From an uncultured Alphaproteobacteria bacterium (GTDB lineage Bacteria; Pseudomonadota; Alphaproteobacteria; Rs-D84): a stretch of 64,000 bases of DNA. The notes beneath the pieces are model-generated. The model searched no databases. It saw only the letters and a list, made by a program, of their open reading frames with translations, and was not told the DNA's origin. The translations under genes were made by a program, and so were the position numbers. Below are positions 17,263 through 27,462 of the stretch, piece after piece. Position 1 is the stretch's first letter; each line of letters begins with the position of its first letter. The DNA lies in NCBI GenBank assembly GCA_944392595.1, contig CALXXD010000002.1, positions 65,027 through 129,026 on the forward strand, given 5' to 3'.

Positions 17263-18681
17263 ATGACAATAAAATTATTTAATACCATGACCCGCAAAAC
17301 AGAAGAATTCAAACCATTGGTTCCCGGCAAAATGGGGTTTTATTCATGCGGCCCAACGGTTTATTGGGATCAGCATATCGGTAATATGCGCAGTTTTGTA
17401 AACAGTGATATTTTGAAACGTATGTTTATTGAAAATGGATACGATGTCCGCCATGTTATGAATATAACCGACGTTGGCCATTTAACCAGTGATGAAGATA
17501 CTGGGGAAGACAAAATGGAAAAAGGAGCCGCCCGTGAAAAAATGTCTGTATGGGATATTGCACAAAAGTATATAGATTCTTTTTTACGTGATATTGATTC
17601 TTTGAATATTATACGCCCAACTGTTATGCCCCGTGCAACAGATAATATCCCCGAACAAATAGACCAAGTAAAACAACTGGAAAAATTAGGTTATACATAC
17701 GAAATTCCTGGTGACGGCATATACTATGACACCAGCAAATTCCCAGATTACGGTGCATTGGGTGGCCAAAATTTATCTGAATTACGCGGTGGCGCACGAA
17801 TTGATGACAGTGGCAAAAAAAATCCGACTGATTTCGCGTTGTGGAAATTTTCACCCACGGATAAAAAACGTCAAATGGAATGGGACAGTCCTTGGGGCAT
17901 TGGGTTCCCTGGGTGGCACATTGAATGCAGCGCAATGAGTATGAAATACCTGGGGCCACATTTTGACATCCATGTTGGTGGTCAAGAACATATCAAGGTT
18001 CATCATACTGATGAAATCGCACAAAGCGAACCAATCGTTGGCAAACCATGGGTCAATTATTGGGTTCATTACGAATGGTTGTTATCCAAAGACGGCAAAA
18101 TGTCTAAATCGTCTGGTGATTTCTTAACTGTTCAAGATTTAATAGACCGTGGATACGATCCAATGGCATTTCGGTATATGCTGTTGATGGGGCATTATCG
18201 TCAACCGCTGGATTTTTCTTTTGACGCATTGGATGCCGCCAGCACAGGTTATAAATCTATTGTACGCAAAGTGGCAGAATTGTTAAAAAATGCGAATTCT
18301 GTTCAAATCAACCAAGATACATTTAACGCATGGCATGATAAAATATTAAATACAATATCTGACAATATGAAAACTGCCGAAACATTGGTGATTGTACACG
18401 AATTGTTAAAAGACACCGACACTGATGCCGCAACAAAAATTGCGCTGTTTGAATTTATTGACCGCCTGTTGGGATTGCAATTCATTGACCGTGCGAAAAA
18501 GTTAAATGATGCAGAATCAGAAGCCGCACCGGCCGAAATTGTGGCACTGGCAGATGCGCGCACCGCGGCCAAGGCGGCCAAAGATTGGGCGCGTGCCGAC
18601 GAATTACGCGCGCAAATTGATGCCGCCGGCTGGACAGTTATCGACACGCGCGACGGGGTGAAATTGGTCAAAAAAATATAA
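17263..18681 (+). CDS. cysS: Cysteine--tRNA ligase
   Basis: [18 protein letters not shown]..., [13 protein letters not shown] (HIGH-type) and KMSKSSGD (KMSKS). The start at ATG 17263 follows AAAGGA. The track's 37-aa N-terminal extension is rejected. Confidence 0.95.
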   Translation: MTIKLFNTMTRKTEEFKPLVPGKMGFYSCGPTVYWDQHIGNMRSFVNSDILKRMFIENGYDVRHVMNITDVGHLTSDEDTGEDKMEKGAAREKMSVWDIAQKYIDSFLRDIDSLNIIRPTVMPRATDNIPEQIDQVKQLEKLGYTYEIPGDGIYYDTSKFPDYGALGGQNLSELRGGARIDDSGKKNPTDFALWKFSPTDKKRQMEWDSPWGIGFPGWHIECSAMSMKYLGPHFDIHVGGQEHIKVHHTDEIAQSEPIVGKPWVNYWVHYEWLLSKDGKMSKSSGDFLTVQDLIDRGYDPMAFRYMLLMGHYRQPLDFSFDALDAASTGYKSIVRKVAELLKNANSVQINQDTFNAWHDKILNTISDNMKTAETLVIVHELLKDTDTDAATKIALFEFIDRLLGLQFIDRAKKLNDAESEAAPAEIVALADARTAAKAAKDWARADELRAQIDAAGWTVIDTRDGVKLVKKI

Positions 18682-18700
18682 AAAACGTCCAGACGTCAAT

Positions 18701-18720
18701 TTGTATAAAATTTTATACAA
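18701..18720. promoter_or_regulatory. Perfect 20-bp AT palindrome (candidate operator)
   Basis: TTGTATAAAATTTTATACAA, immediately upstream of the promoter-like motif of the DUF1013 gene. Confidence 0.35.
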
Positions 18721-18727
18721 AAAAGGC

Positions 18728-18756
18728 TTGAAATAACGGGGATTTTGGTATATATT
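18728..18756 (+). promoter_or_regulatory. Sigma70-like promoter of the DUF1013 gene
   Basis: TTGAAA (18728-18733), a 17-nt spacer, then TATATT (18751-18756). Confidence 0.45.
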
Positions 18757-18784
18757 ACACCCCGTCAAGCAAGAGGAACGTTCT

Positions 18785-19315
18785 ATGAATTACCCATATA
18801 TGCCAAAATCCACCGCGCTGTGGTTGATTGAAAACACGTCATTGACGTTTGAACAAATCGCTGAATTCTGTGGCCTGCATGAATTAGAGGTTAAAAGTAT
18901 CGCTGATGCGGAAACATCAAAAATCCAGGGTTTAAATCCGATTTTGAACGGTCAATTAACGCGCGAAGATATTGCCCGGTGCGAGGCTGACCCCGATGCA
19001 CGCCTGCAATTGCGCCAGGAAATTATCGATGCCCAACAGGCTCAAAACAAACGCGGCATTGGATATACGCCAAAATTGCATCGTCAAAATCGTTTGGGTG
19101 GCATTTTATGGATTTTGAAAAATTACCCTGAATTGTCCGATGGCCAGGTTGCCCGCCTGATGCGCAGCACGAATCCGACTGTGGCATCTGTACGCAACAA
19201 AACGCATAAATCTTATTCTGAAATTCAAATCCAAAGCCCGATTGTTTTGGGATTGGTTTCTGAATCTGCTTTGCATGACGCGGTGGCCAAGGCACGCAAA
19301 CAGGCAAACAAATAA
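18785..19315 (+). CDS. DUF1013-family protein (alphaproteobacterial, TrcR-like)
   Basis: MPKSTALWLIENTSLTFEQIAEFCGLHELEVKSIADAE matches, from memory, the conserved DUF1013 N-terminus. Confidence 0.7.
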   Translation: MNYPYMPKSTALWLIENTSLTFEQIAEFCGLHELEVKSIADAETSKIQGLNPILNGQLTREDIARCEADPDARLQLRQEIIDAQQAQNKRGIGYTPKLHRQNRLGGILWILKNYPELSDGQVARLMRSTNPTVASVRNKTHKSYSEIQIQSPIVLGLVSESALHDAVAKARKQANK

Positions 19316-19351
19316 TTTTTACAACAATAACACTTACGGGAAGGTTTGTTC

Positions 19352-21436
19352 ATGGCAAAAAAACTGGACGAAGCAACCAAGTTACTTATTGATTCTTTAC
19401 CGGAAAACTTACAAAAATTGGCCACCAGTGCGGTGGATGTTGGATATTTATCAAAAATGGATTTCGATGCCGCGACCGAAGCGGACGAAGTACCAACCGA
19501 AGAACAGGACGAAGTCCTGGACTTTTTTCAGCAAGATTTGGGATTGGAAATTTTGGAAACTGATAATTTCACCCAAAATATGGACAAATATTATGACGAT
19601 GATTCTGACGAGCCGCTGGATAAAACACGCAATTTATTGAACGCAGACGCAGAACAGGTCGATGTTAATGACGAAGATTACGAACATTACGCCAAACAAT
19701 TGGAACGCAGCCAGACCGGCAATTTGGTTTTGGGCGTCCAGGATTCTGTTCAATCATACTTAAAACAAATCGGCACAGTTCAATTATTAACCGCCGCAGG
19801 CGAGGTTGCCATTGCCCAGCGTATCGAGGCCGCATCCCGTTTGATGGTTTATGGCCTGTGCGAAAGTCCGATGACAATCCAAGCCATGCTGGATTGGTAT
19901 CAGCAATTGTTAAATGAAGACATTCGTTTGCGTTACATCGTGAATCTGGAAGTAATGTATTCCAGTGATTCCGAACAAAAATCTTTGGCGGCATTGTCCG
20001 AAGCCTTGAAATCCAAGGGGGTTGAACATGTCGATGAATTGGACGACGATGATTTGGATGATTTGGAAGAATCCGCCATGGCCGACGAAGACGAAGAAGA
20101 TGAAGACGACGAAGATGATGATGGCATCAAAAAAGAAGATACGCCGCGCGGAACATCTGGTGTGCCAATTCCTGTTATGGAAGAATCTTTGATGCCGATG
20201 ATGCTGGAATTGTTTGGCAAGATTAAACGCATTTTCAACAATATGCAAAAATTACAGGCCAAACGTCTGGAAAACTTGGAAACATCCGCCACCCCGGACG
20301 AGGCACTGGAAAAGAAATACAATAAAATGCGCGTGGAATTGTTCGAACACGTCAGCAAAATCCGCCTGAACGACGATCGTATCGCGGAAATTTTGGAACA
20401 ATTAACCAAACGCGACCAGTTGTTAATGGGGCTCGAGGGCAAATTGTTGCGCTTGGCGATGGCGAATAAAATCAAGCGCGAAGATTTCTTGGCCGAATAC
20501 ACAGGTAACGAAATCAATCGCAATTGGGTTAAAAAGTTAATGCGCAGCAAAAATCCAACTTGGGCAAATTTTGCGAAAAAGCACGAACAAGACATCTTGA
20601 AAATTCAATCGGATATCACTGACATTGCGGTTGAAACCGGACAACCCACCGCCGAGTATAAAAAGGTCGTAGAACTGGTTCGCCGTGGCCAGGCCGAAGC
20701 CGCACGTGCCAAACGCGAAATGATAGAAGCCAACCTGCGTCTGGTTATCAAATTCGCAAAAAAATCCAGCAACCGCGGTTTGGGATTGGATTTTTCTGAT
20801 TTGGTCCAAGACGGTAATATCGGTTTGATGAAGGCTGTGGATAAATTTGATTATCGTTTGGGTAATAAATTTTCTACGTATGCCACCAACTGGATACAAC
20901 AGGGTATTTCGCGCAGCATCGCAGACCAGGCACGCACAATCCGTATTCCTGTGCATATGATTGACAATATTCATAAAATCCAGCGCGCGACGCGCCAATT
21001 TATGCACAAATATGGCCGCCAGCCGACCCCCGAAGAATTATCAAAGATTATCTATTTACCAGTGGATAAAATTCACAAGGCGTTAAAAGTTAATCTGAAA
21101 CCAATATCTTTAGAGGCACCCGTCGGCACCGAAGACGACAGCAGCCGTTTGGAAATCATCGCGGACGAAACCGCCAAAAACCCATTTGTATCGGCTGCGC
21201 AAAAGAATTTGCGTAAAATCGTTACACAAATTCTGTCCGAATTGGATCCCAAGGAAGAAACTGTTTTACGCCAACGTTTTGGTATGAGCACGAACAAAAC
21301 CAGCACTTTGGAAGAGGTTGGCGAATACATCGGTGTTACCCGCGAACGTATCCGTCAAATTGAACAAAAGGCGCTAAACAAGTTAAAACATCCAACACGC
21401 GCCCGCAAACTGCGCAGTTTCTTGGAAGAAGATTAA
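19352..21436 (+). CDS. rpoD: RNA polymerase sigma factor RpoD (sigma-70)
   Basis: Regions 1.2-4.2 are present ([43 protein letters not shown]). There is an acidic spacer, [13 protein letters not shown]...[16 protein letters not shown] 19352 follows GGGAAGG. The track start at 19346 is a TTG. Confidence 0.97.
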   Translation: MAKKLDEATKLLIDSLPENLQKLATSAVDVGYLSKMDFDAATEADEVPTEEQDEVLDFFQQDLGLEILETDNFTQNMDKYYDDDSDEPLDKTRNLLNADAEQVDVNDEDYEHYAKQLERSQTGNLVLGVQDSVQSYLKQIGTVQLLTAAGEVAIAQRIEAASRLMVYGLCESPMTIQAMLDWYQQLLNEDIRLRYIVNLEVMYSSDSEQKSLAALSEALKSKGVEHVDELDDDDLDDLEESAMADEDEEDEDDEDDDGIKKEDTPRGTSGVPIPVMEESLMPMMLELFGKIKRIFNNMQKLQAKRLENLETSATPDEALEKKYNKMRVELFEHVSKIRLNDDRIAEILEQLTKRDQLLMGLEGKLLRLAMANKIKREDFLAEYTGNEINRNWVKKLMRSKNPTWANFAKKHEQDILKIQSDITDIAVETGQPTAEYKKVVELVRRGQAEAARAKREMIEANLRLVIKFAKKSSNRGLGLDFSDLVQDGNIGLMKAVDKFDYRLGNKFSTYATNWIQQGISRSIADQARTIRIPVHMIDNIHKIQRATRQFMHKYGRQPTPEELSKIIYLPVDKIHKALKVNLKPISLEAPVGTEDDSSRLEIIADETAKNPFVSAAQKNLRKIVTQILSELDPKEETVLRQRFGMSTNKTSTLEEVGEYIGVTRERIRQIEQKALNKLKHPTRARKLRSFLEED

Positions 21437-21445
21437 CAATAATGA

Positions 21446-21468
21446 ATCCCGCATAACGCGGGATTTTA
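21446..21468 (+). terminator. rpoD terminator
   Basis: ATCCCGC-ATAAC-GCGGGAT followed by TTTAT. Confidence 0.7.
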
Positions 21469-21490
21469 TATACAAAAAAGGGGGCAGAAT

Positions 21491-22174
21491 ATGAAACGTG
21501 GATATATGTTGGCAATCGAGGGCACAGACAAGGCCGGCAAACACACCCAGACAATGAAAATTATCGATTATTTGCGCGCACGTGGTGTGGCGGCCGAAAC
21601 GTTGGATTTTCCGCAATATAACGCATTTTTTGGACGTCTGGTTCGTGATTATTTGAACGGCCGGTTCGGTGCCACACGCGATTTACCGGCGGAATATACT
21701 ATGTTGCCATACGCACTGGATCGGTTACAGCACCAGCCACAAATCGCGGGGTGGCTGCGTGACGGAAAATGGGTTGTGTTGGACAGATATACGTACAGCA
21801 ATTCTTTTTCTGTCGCGAAATACCCGCGTGATAAATGGGCTGAAAAAATCGCATTTATGGAAGATTTGGAATTCAATCAATTGGGCATCATCAAACCCGA
21901 CCATAATATATATTTATACCTGGACCCCAGAATATCGTACAATATGCGTAATACCGGGTTAAAGCAATATCAAAACGGCCGCCCAGACATTCACGAAAGC
22001 GATTTCAAATTACTGTACGATGTTTCAAATGTATATAAGCAAATTGCAACCGTAAATCCAAATACTTGGACAGTTGTTGATGAAATGCGCCCCGATGGTA
22101 CGCGTATGGATGCGAACGAAGTATTTTCACATCTGCAACCGACGTTGGATAAATTATTGGCGCGCCAGCGTTAA
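21491..22174 (+). CDS. tmk: Thymidylate (dTMP) kinase-family protein
   Basis: P-loop IEGTDKAGKHTQ and the DRYTYSNS motif (DRY..S). Divergent from the canonical bacterial Tmk. Confidence 0.65.
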   Translation: MKRGYMLAIEGTDKAGKHTQTMKIIDYLRARGVAAETLDFPQYNAFFGRLVRDYLNGRFGATRDLPAEYTMLPYALDRLQHQPQIAGWLRDGKWVVLDRYTYSNSFSVAKYPRDKWAEKIAFMEDLEFNQLGIIKPDHNIYLYLDPRISYNMRNTGLKQYQNGRPDIHESDFKLLYDVSNVYKQIATVNPNTWTVVDEMRPDGTRMDANEVFSHLQPTLDKLLARQR

Positions 22175-22197
22175 AAAAAAACACGCCCACGGCGTGT
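22172..22197 (-). terminator. Terminator of tRNA-Met (minus strand)
   Basis: ACACGCC-GTG-GGCGTGT on the minus strand, followed by T9. On the plus strand the hairpin lacks a T-run. Confidence 0.7.
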
Positions 22198-22203
22198 ATT
22201 AAG

Positions 22204-22280
22204 TGGTGGGTTAGGTAGGACTTGAACCCACGACCAAAGCGTTATGAGCGCTCCGCTCTAACCAACTGAGCTACTAACCC
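22204..22280 (-). tRNA. tRNA with anticodon CAU (elongator Met or lysidine-modified Ile2), CCA encoded
   Basis: The minus strand reads GGGTTAG-TA-GCTCAGTTGGTTAGAGC-G-GAGCG-CTCATAA-CGCTT-TGGTC-GTGGG-TTCAAGT-CCTAC-CTAACCC-A-CCA. It lacks initiator features (no C1:A72 mismatch, no 3xGC anticodon stem). Confidence 0.9.
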
Positions 22281-22365
22281 ACGGACGCCATTATATATCA
22301 TTTGGCATTTGTTGCAAGTGATTTTTATTATCTGCTTTATTTTTTTACCGTCGTATGACAATATT

Positions 22366-23646
22366 ATGACTATGTTTAACCCAGTTACGATTTTAAGCGA
22401 TACACAAATGGCGGCGTTCAATACGATTGAACACACAAATTCAAATCTTTTAATCTTGGGCCAGGCGGGAACAGGCAAATCAACATTTGTAAATTATCTT
22501 AAATCTGCATCGAAAAAGCGTATTATTTGCGCATGCCCAACGGCTGTATCTGCGCTGAATGTTGGCGGTCAAACAATTCATTCGCTGTTCCAGATTCAAC
22601 CGCGTGATTTCATTATGCCCCAGTTATTAAAATTAAAGGCAAAACCACGAAATATTTTAACCGCCACAGATGTATTAATTATCGACGAAATATCAATGGT
22701 TGCGCCTGATTTATTGGATGCGATTGATATTTTGGCACGTATGGCGCGTCGCAACAATGCGCCATTTGGCGGCATCCAGGTTGTTGCCATCGGTGATTTG
22801 TTTCAATTGCCACCGGTTATCACACGTGACGCGATGGAATATTATCGTGCTGAATACGAACATGACAATGCGTACTTTTTTGATGCGAACGTATATAAAC
22901 GCGCTGATTTTCTGCGATATGATTTTGATATGGTGTATCGCCAAAGCGATGCTGAATTGCTGGAAAATTTGCGCAGATTGCGTCATAACGACGTCGGTGC
23001 GTTGGAATTTTTCAATCGGTGTAAAATTGATGACGCGTCGCGTCGGGAAAATGCGGTGCTGATAACGCCTTTTCGCGCGGTGGCCGAACGCATAAATGCG
23101 TCGCGATTGGCACAAATTAACGCGCCCCAGGTTACATATAACGGTGAATTAAACGGCAATTTCCCAGAACGCGATACGCCCGCCCCGATGAGTTTGACAT
23201 TAAAAGTCGGCGCATTGGTTGTATTTGTTAAAAATGGCGACAAATGGCATAACGGATCGATGGGATTGGTGCGTGATTTGGGTGCGCGCGAAATAACGGT
23301 GGAATTATTGAATAAAACGCGCGATGTGGTGACTGTTCGGCCCGAGACTTGGCAAAAGATAGAATACACACGTGATGAAAACGACAAAATCCAAGAAAAC
23401 GAGGTCGGCAGTTTCAAGCAATTTCCATTAAACCTGGGGTATGCAATGACGATACACAAAGCCCAGGGAAAAACGCTGGATGCGGTTGTTGTTGATATTT
23501 CGCGTGGCGCGTTTGCACATGGTCAGACATACGTTGCATTATCGCGTACGCGCAGCGCGTCTGATATGCACATGGCGTCGCCGTTGCGCCCGCGCGATGT
23601 TATTTTTGACGACCGGGTTTTGGAATTTGTCGATGCAAATCATTAA
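22366..23646 (+). CDS. PIF1/RecD-like SF1B DNA helicase
   Basis: Walker A LILGQAGTGKST, Walker B LIIDEISMV, GDLFQLPPV, TIHKAQGKTLD and YVALSRTRS. The start is taken at MTMFNP. Confidence 0.85.
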   Translation: MTMFNPVTILSDTQMAAFNTIEHTNSNLLILGQAGTGKSTFVNYLKSASKKRIICACPTAVSALNVGGQTIHSLFQIQPRDFIMPQLLKLKAKPRNILTATDVLIIDEISMVAPDLLDAIDILARMARRNNAPFGGIQVVAIGDLFQLPPVITRDAMEYYRAEYEHDNAYFFDANVYKRADFLRYDFDMVYRQSDAELLENLRRLRHNDVGALEFFNRCKIDDASRRENAVLITPFRAVAERINASRLAQINAPQVTYNGELNGNFPERDTPAPMSLTLKVGALVVFVKNGDKWHNGSMGLVRDLGAREITVELLNKTRDVVTVRPETWQKIEYTRDENDKIQENEVGSFKQFPLNLGYAMTIHKAQGKTLDAVVVDISRGAFAHGQTYVALSRTRSASDMHMASPLRPRDVIFDDRVLEFVDANH

Positions 23647-24679
23647 TCATCATTTTATACAGCATATCGCCCGAATGTTTCAGCGTATCAAAATCAACAC
23701 CATTGCCATTTGTTAAATCACGCACAGAATGCGTTGTGACACTGCGTTTGGCGTCTTCTGCGGCGCGCACGATTGCATTACGTTCGGCTGTAAAAATAAT
23801 TTTACCATCGTCTGTCAAAGGCCATATTTCTTCATCAAATGGCAACAATCCTATATAATCATGTTCTTTGAACGCGCGTTCTTTTAATCGGCCTGCGATG
23901 AACAAATTTCCATATTTTGAATCAAAAAAAGCAGGCACAACATCCCCAGAATTTTCGCCCATCCAATCAGACATATAATTATTATGATGGGCCATCATGC
24001 TGTCTTCTGCGGATGCGAATGATATTGTAAAAAAACGTTGATTAACCAGGGGTGCAATCGGGCTGTGCTGAATCACCAAAACCGCCGATTGAATTTTTTT
24101 AATATTTTGTTCATCAAATCCCAATTTTTGCATTTCGTCATACATATAATTCGCCAATTGCCATGCCACAGCCGCACCGTGACAATGCGCATATATTTTC
24201 ATCCGGGACATATTTTTTACGGCCGTTGCCATATCAAATGGTTTGCCCGCGTTATCAACGATGCGTGGCCGTACAAGAATATCAAATAATTGTTTGATAT
24301 ATTGCGGGGTTGGCTCGTTTTGTTGCATATTGTCCAAAATTTTTGCATTTTTATCGCGTGCAATCGGCGAATCTGAATTTTCGATTCTGCGCCGTGCAGT
24401 TCGAAACAATGCCGCGCGTTCCGCACCTGGATTGCGCGACCCAAACTGATAAGCCACAGAATAAACACCAACATCAGGTATATTGTTTTCGTACAATAAT
24501 ATTTGCAAACGTTTTGCATACGAATTTGCACCGCGCAAATCGTTGGTCAATTCGCCACCAAACACAACAAAAACAGGTTTATCAATGGGTAAAGATTTTA
24601 TAACACTTGCCCCGTACGGCGCATCATCAGATTTTGTTACGCGTTGGATAATTGTGATGCTGCTTTTGGAATAAGTCAT
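23600..24679 (-). CDS. Hypothetical protein, possible alpha/beta-hydrolase fold with a Cys nucleophile
   Basis: 359-aa ORF. It has a beta-strand KPVFVVFGGE and a nucleophile-elbow-like KIYAHCHGAA (Sm-x-Cys-x-Sm). I recognise no family. Its 3' end overlaps the helicase 3' end by 47 bp. Confidence 0.5.
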   Translation of the reverse strand: MTYSKSSITIIQRVTKSDDAPYGASVIKSLPIDKPVFVVFGGELTNDLRGANSYAKRLQILLYENNIPDVGVYSVAYQFGSRNPGAERAALFRTARRRIENSDSPIARDKNAKILDNMQQNEPTPQYIKQLFDILVRPRIVDNAGKPFDMATAVKNMSRMKIYAHCHGAAVAWQLANYMYDEMQKLGFDEQNIKKIQSAVLVIQHSPIAPLVNQRFFTISFASAEDSMMAHHNNYMSDWMGENSGDVVPAFFDSKYGNLFIAGRLKERAFKEHDYIGLLPFDEEIWPLTDDGKIIFTAERNAIVRAAEDAKRSVTTHSVRDLTNGNGVDFDTLKHSGDMLYKMMINDLHRQIPKPGRQK

Positions 24680-25062
24680 AAATTTTTCTCCATCAAAATT
24701 GCGTCGATACCATCATAATACTTTGGACGTACGCCAACCTGGACATAACCATTATGTTCATATAGCGCACGGGCAGGGCGATTATTTTCCGCAACTTCCA
24801 AAAACATTTTTGATGCGCCACGTTTTTTTGCATCGTTTTCAGCCAACACCAACATAGCCGCTGCAATCCCGCCGCGGCGCGCGTCTGGATGAACACCAAT
24901 TGTAATTATTTCTGCTTCGTCGGCCACAACGCGCCAAACGATAAATCCATTTTGACTGGCGATAATATCACAACCTGATTTTTTCAAATCCGCAAAATCA
25001 GATGCCGACCAGGGCTTGTTCGGAAAACATACGCTATGAAGTTTTTCCAATTCATTCAGCAT
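24676..25062 (-). CDS. rimI: Ribosomal-protein-alanine N-acetyltransferase RimI
   Basis: GNAT motif A, IGVHPDARRGGIAAAML...ARALYEHNGY. The start is MLNELEKLH (cat at 25060-25062) and overlaps the tsaB stop codon. Confidence 0.85.
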   Translation of the reverse strand: MLNELEKLHSVCFPNKPWSASDFADLKKSGCDIIASQNGFIVWRVVADEAEIITIGVHPDARRGGIAAAMLVLAENDAKKRGASKMFLEVAENNRPARALYEHNGYVQVGVRPKYYDGIDAILMEKNL

Positions 25063-25603
25063 TTTGACAACTTTGTTCCGCATAACTGGGGCGCAAATAC
25101 ATCGGCACAACAGGCGCATTTTCACCACGTGCCAATTTATCAGACACAATTTTTGCACCCGCACATAAATTAAAAGGCTTGTGCCCAACTGTTCGCGGGC
25201 ATTCCATTTGTTTTACTTCCACTTCGTCAATTCCCATGGTGCATGGCGCAAGATTTTTTGACGCGACAAAAAAATCCCCACGTCCTGAATCAATTGCAAC
25301 AAAAGCGTCCGGCGCATCGTGCAGATACAATTCAAACGCACTTATTGGCACAACTGGAATATTTAATCCCATCCCCAAACCTTTGGCGTATGCGATTCCC
25401 AAACGAATACCTGTAAAACTGCCAGGACCAACAACAACGCCGATTGCGGTTAAATCAGACCACTTTGCGCCGCATTCGCCCAAAAATTTTTCGCACTCGA
25501 TTGGTAAAGCAACGGATTGTTTATCTGTATCAATGTGTTTGAATTTCGTATCGTCCATTGCGAATTCCAAACCGTTGCCTGATGTATTTATAACCAAAAT
25601 CAT
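25052..25603 (-). CDS. tsaB: tRNA t6A37 biosynthesis protein TsaB
   Basis: MILVINTSGNGLEFAM... and VVGPGSFTGIRLGIAYAKGL. Confidence 0.88.
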   Translation of the reverse strand: MILVINTSGNGLEFAMDDTKFKHIDTDKQSVALPIECEKFLGECGAKWSDLTAIGVVVGPGSFTGIRLGIAYAKGLGMGLNIPVVPISAFELYLHDAPDAFVAIDSGRGDFFVASKNLAPCTMGIDEVEVKQMECPRTVGHKPFNLCAGAKIVSDKLARGENAPVVPMYLRPSYAEQSCQNAE

Positions 25604-25613
25604 TTTTGTCCCC

Positions 25614-27368
25614 TTATGCGCGCACGCCGAATCCAATACGTTTGGCCATTGCGGCGCTGTGGCGTGTGCGTAATAATTCGTCGATTTTTTCCGGCGTAAA
25701 TTCAGTTTTTACATCTTCGCCATCATGTTCCAATAATGTCCGACGCAACAAAGCCGTTAATTCGCGCTGTAATTCACGCACGCCGTCTTCGGATGTATAG
25801 TTGCGAATTAAATACCGCAACGCATCGTCACTGATGATAATATTATCAGGATTCCAACCAGTATCATCAGCGGCGCGTTTAATCAGGTGTTCGCGCGCGA
25901 TTTGGACTTTTTCATCTTCGCTGTAACCCGGAATTTCGATAATTTCCATACGGTCTTTTAATGCGTTTGACATATTCAAACTGTTCGCGGTTGCAATAAA
26001 CAACACGTTCGACAGATCAAAATCAACTTCCAGATAATGATCACGGAAAGTCTTGTTCTGCTCGGGGTCTAAAATTTCCAGCAAAGCGGATTCAGGATCA
26101 CCGCGCCAATCGCGTCCCATTTTATCAATCTCGTCCAGAACGATAACCGGATTATTGGATTTGCAGCGTTTTAACGCATCCATAATCCGCCCGGTTTGCG
26201 CGCCAATATATGTCTTGCGATGCCCGCGAAAATGTGCTTCATCAGAAATTCCACCCAGTGAAATCCGCTGATATTTACGTCCCAACGCGCACGCGATGGA
26301 TTTGCACAGCGATGTTTTACCAACGCCAGGCGCGCCGACAAAGCACAAAATGCTGCCGCGATTGCCGCCTGTTTTTTTCATAACAGCAATATGTTCCAAA
26401 ATACGTTCTTTGACCGGAACCATACCCGAATGTTCTGAATCCAGCACCGCGCGCGCAGTTTTTAAATCAATCGGCGCGGCATCAGATTTATCCCATGGCA
26501 TGGACAATAATTCTTCCAAATACGTTTTTAACAATCCGCCTTCGTTTGACATAGGCGACATACTGCGCATACGTTTCCATTCAGAAATCGCTTTTTCTTT
26601 GGCGTCGCGTGGCATGGCACTGCGTTCGATTCGCTTGCGCAGACTTTCCGTATCCATTTCGTCATCTTCGCCCATTTCACGCTGAATAGCGCGCATTTTT
26701 TCCTGTAAAATCGCTTCGCGCCGACCGTTTTCCATTTGCTGTTGAACGCGTCTGTTGATTGACGTTTCAATACGAACGGTTTCAGCCATCAAAGTAATTT
26801 TTTCCAGCATAATCATTAATTTTTCGCGCCATGACTGTGCCCGCAAGATTCGGACTGCATCTTCAACGTCAAATTCGCATGTTTGAATAACTGCATCGAT
26901 GAATGCGGCCAACGGATAATCGTTGATAATCGCGCGCATCTTTTCCAATTTGAATTTGCGATTCTGGGTCAGATTTTGGATGTTTTCAGCCACTTTGTTC
27001 CGCAAAGCAATTGTTTGATTATCAGTACTGTCGTCAATAATGGCCAGCGGTGTTGTTTGTGCTGTAAATATACCCTTTTCAACCGATAAATCCGATAATG
27101 TAACAACATCAGTTGTACGAATAATTGCATGCAGCGTACCATCGGGCAAACGCAAAATCTGGGCAATATCGCCGATTGTGCCAATGTCATACAAATCATT
27201 CGGCGCCCCAGGATACGACCACGAACGCTGCGGCGTAATTACCAATTTCAGATTATCCCTGGCGGCGGCCTCTAAACAAGCAATCGACGCCGGATTATCC
27301 ACATAAATTGGCACGGTTAAACCGGGATGAACAATTAAATCACGAAATGGTAAAATATAGTTTTTCAT
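25614..27368 (-). CDS. Lon-like AAA+ protein (LON N-domain plus ATPase) lacking the S16 peptidase domain
   Basis: LON substrate-binding N-domain (LPFRDLIVHPGLTVPIYV). AAA+ module with GAPGVGKTSL and VIVLDEIDKMG. The protein ends ...AKRIGFGVRA*, at the position where Lon proteases start the protease domain. tsaB begins 10 nt downstream. Confidence 0.8.
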   Translation of the reverse strand: MKNYILPFRDLIVHPGLTVPIYVDNPASIACLEAAARDNLKLVITPQRSWSYPGAPNDLYDIGTIGDIAQILRLPDGTLHAIIRTTDVVTLSDLSVEKGIFTAQTTPLAIIDDSTDNQTIALRNKVAENIQNLTQNRKFKLEKMRAIINDYPLAAFIDAVIQTCEFDVEDAVRILRAQSWREKLMIMLEKITLMAETVRIETSINRRVQQQMENGRREAILQEKMRAIQREMGEDDEMDTESLRKRIERSAMPRDAKEKAISEWKRMRSMSPMSNEGGLLKTYLEELLSMPWDKSDAAPIDLKTARAVLDSEHSGMVPVKERILEHIAVMKKTGGNRGSILCFVGAPGVGKTSLCKSIACALGRKYQRISLGGISDEAHFRGHRKTYIGAQTGRIMDALKRCKSNNPVIVLDEIDKMGRDWRGDPESALLEILDPEQNKTFRDHYLEVDFDLSNVLFIATANSLNMSNALKDRMEIIEIPGYSEDEKVQIAREHLIKRAADDTGWNPDNIIISDDALRYLIRNYTSEDGVRELQRELTALLRRTLLEHDGEDVKTEFTPEKIDELLRTRHSAAMAKRIGFGVRA

Positions 27369-27412
27369 AGCAGGATTAATATAAGAATTTTTTTACAGTT
27401 TTTCAAGTGTCT

Positions 27413-27440
27413 ATAAAAACAGCCCCCACGGGGCCGTTTT
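27413..27440 (-). terminator. Terminator of the small membrane-protein gene
   Basis: The minus strand reads GCCCC-GTG-GGGGC followed by TGTTTTT. Confidence 0.6.
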
Positions 27441-27462
27441 ATGATTTTTTACATCGATATTA

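Noticed and set aside
22309-23646. PIF1-like helicase next to a tRNA, considered as part of a defence or mobile island
   Set aside because: No integrase, nuclease partner, repeats or att-like duplication flank it, so a lone helicase is insufficient evidence. It is kept as an ordinary CDS.
25604-25613. Possibility that the missing Lon protease domain is merely frameshifted downstream
   Set aside because: Only 10 nt separate the Lon stop from the intact tsaB start, and tsaB and rimI occupy all downstream frames. No S16-like peptide appears in any frame of the track.
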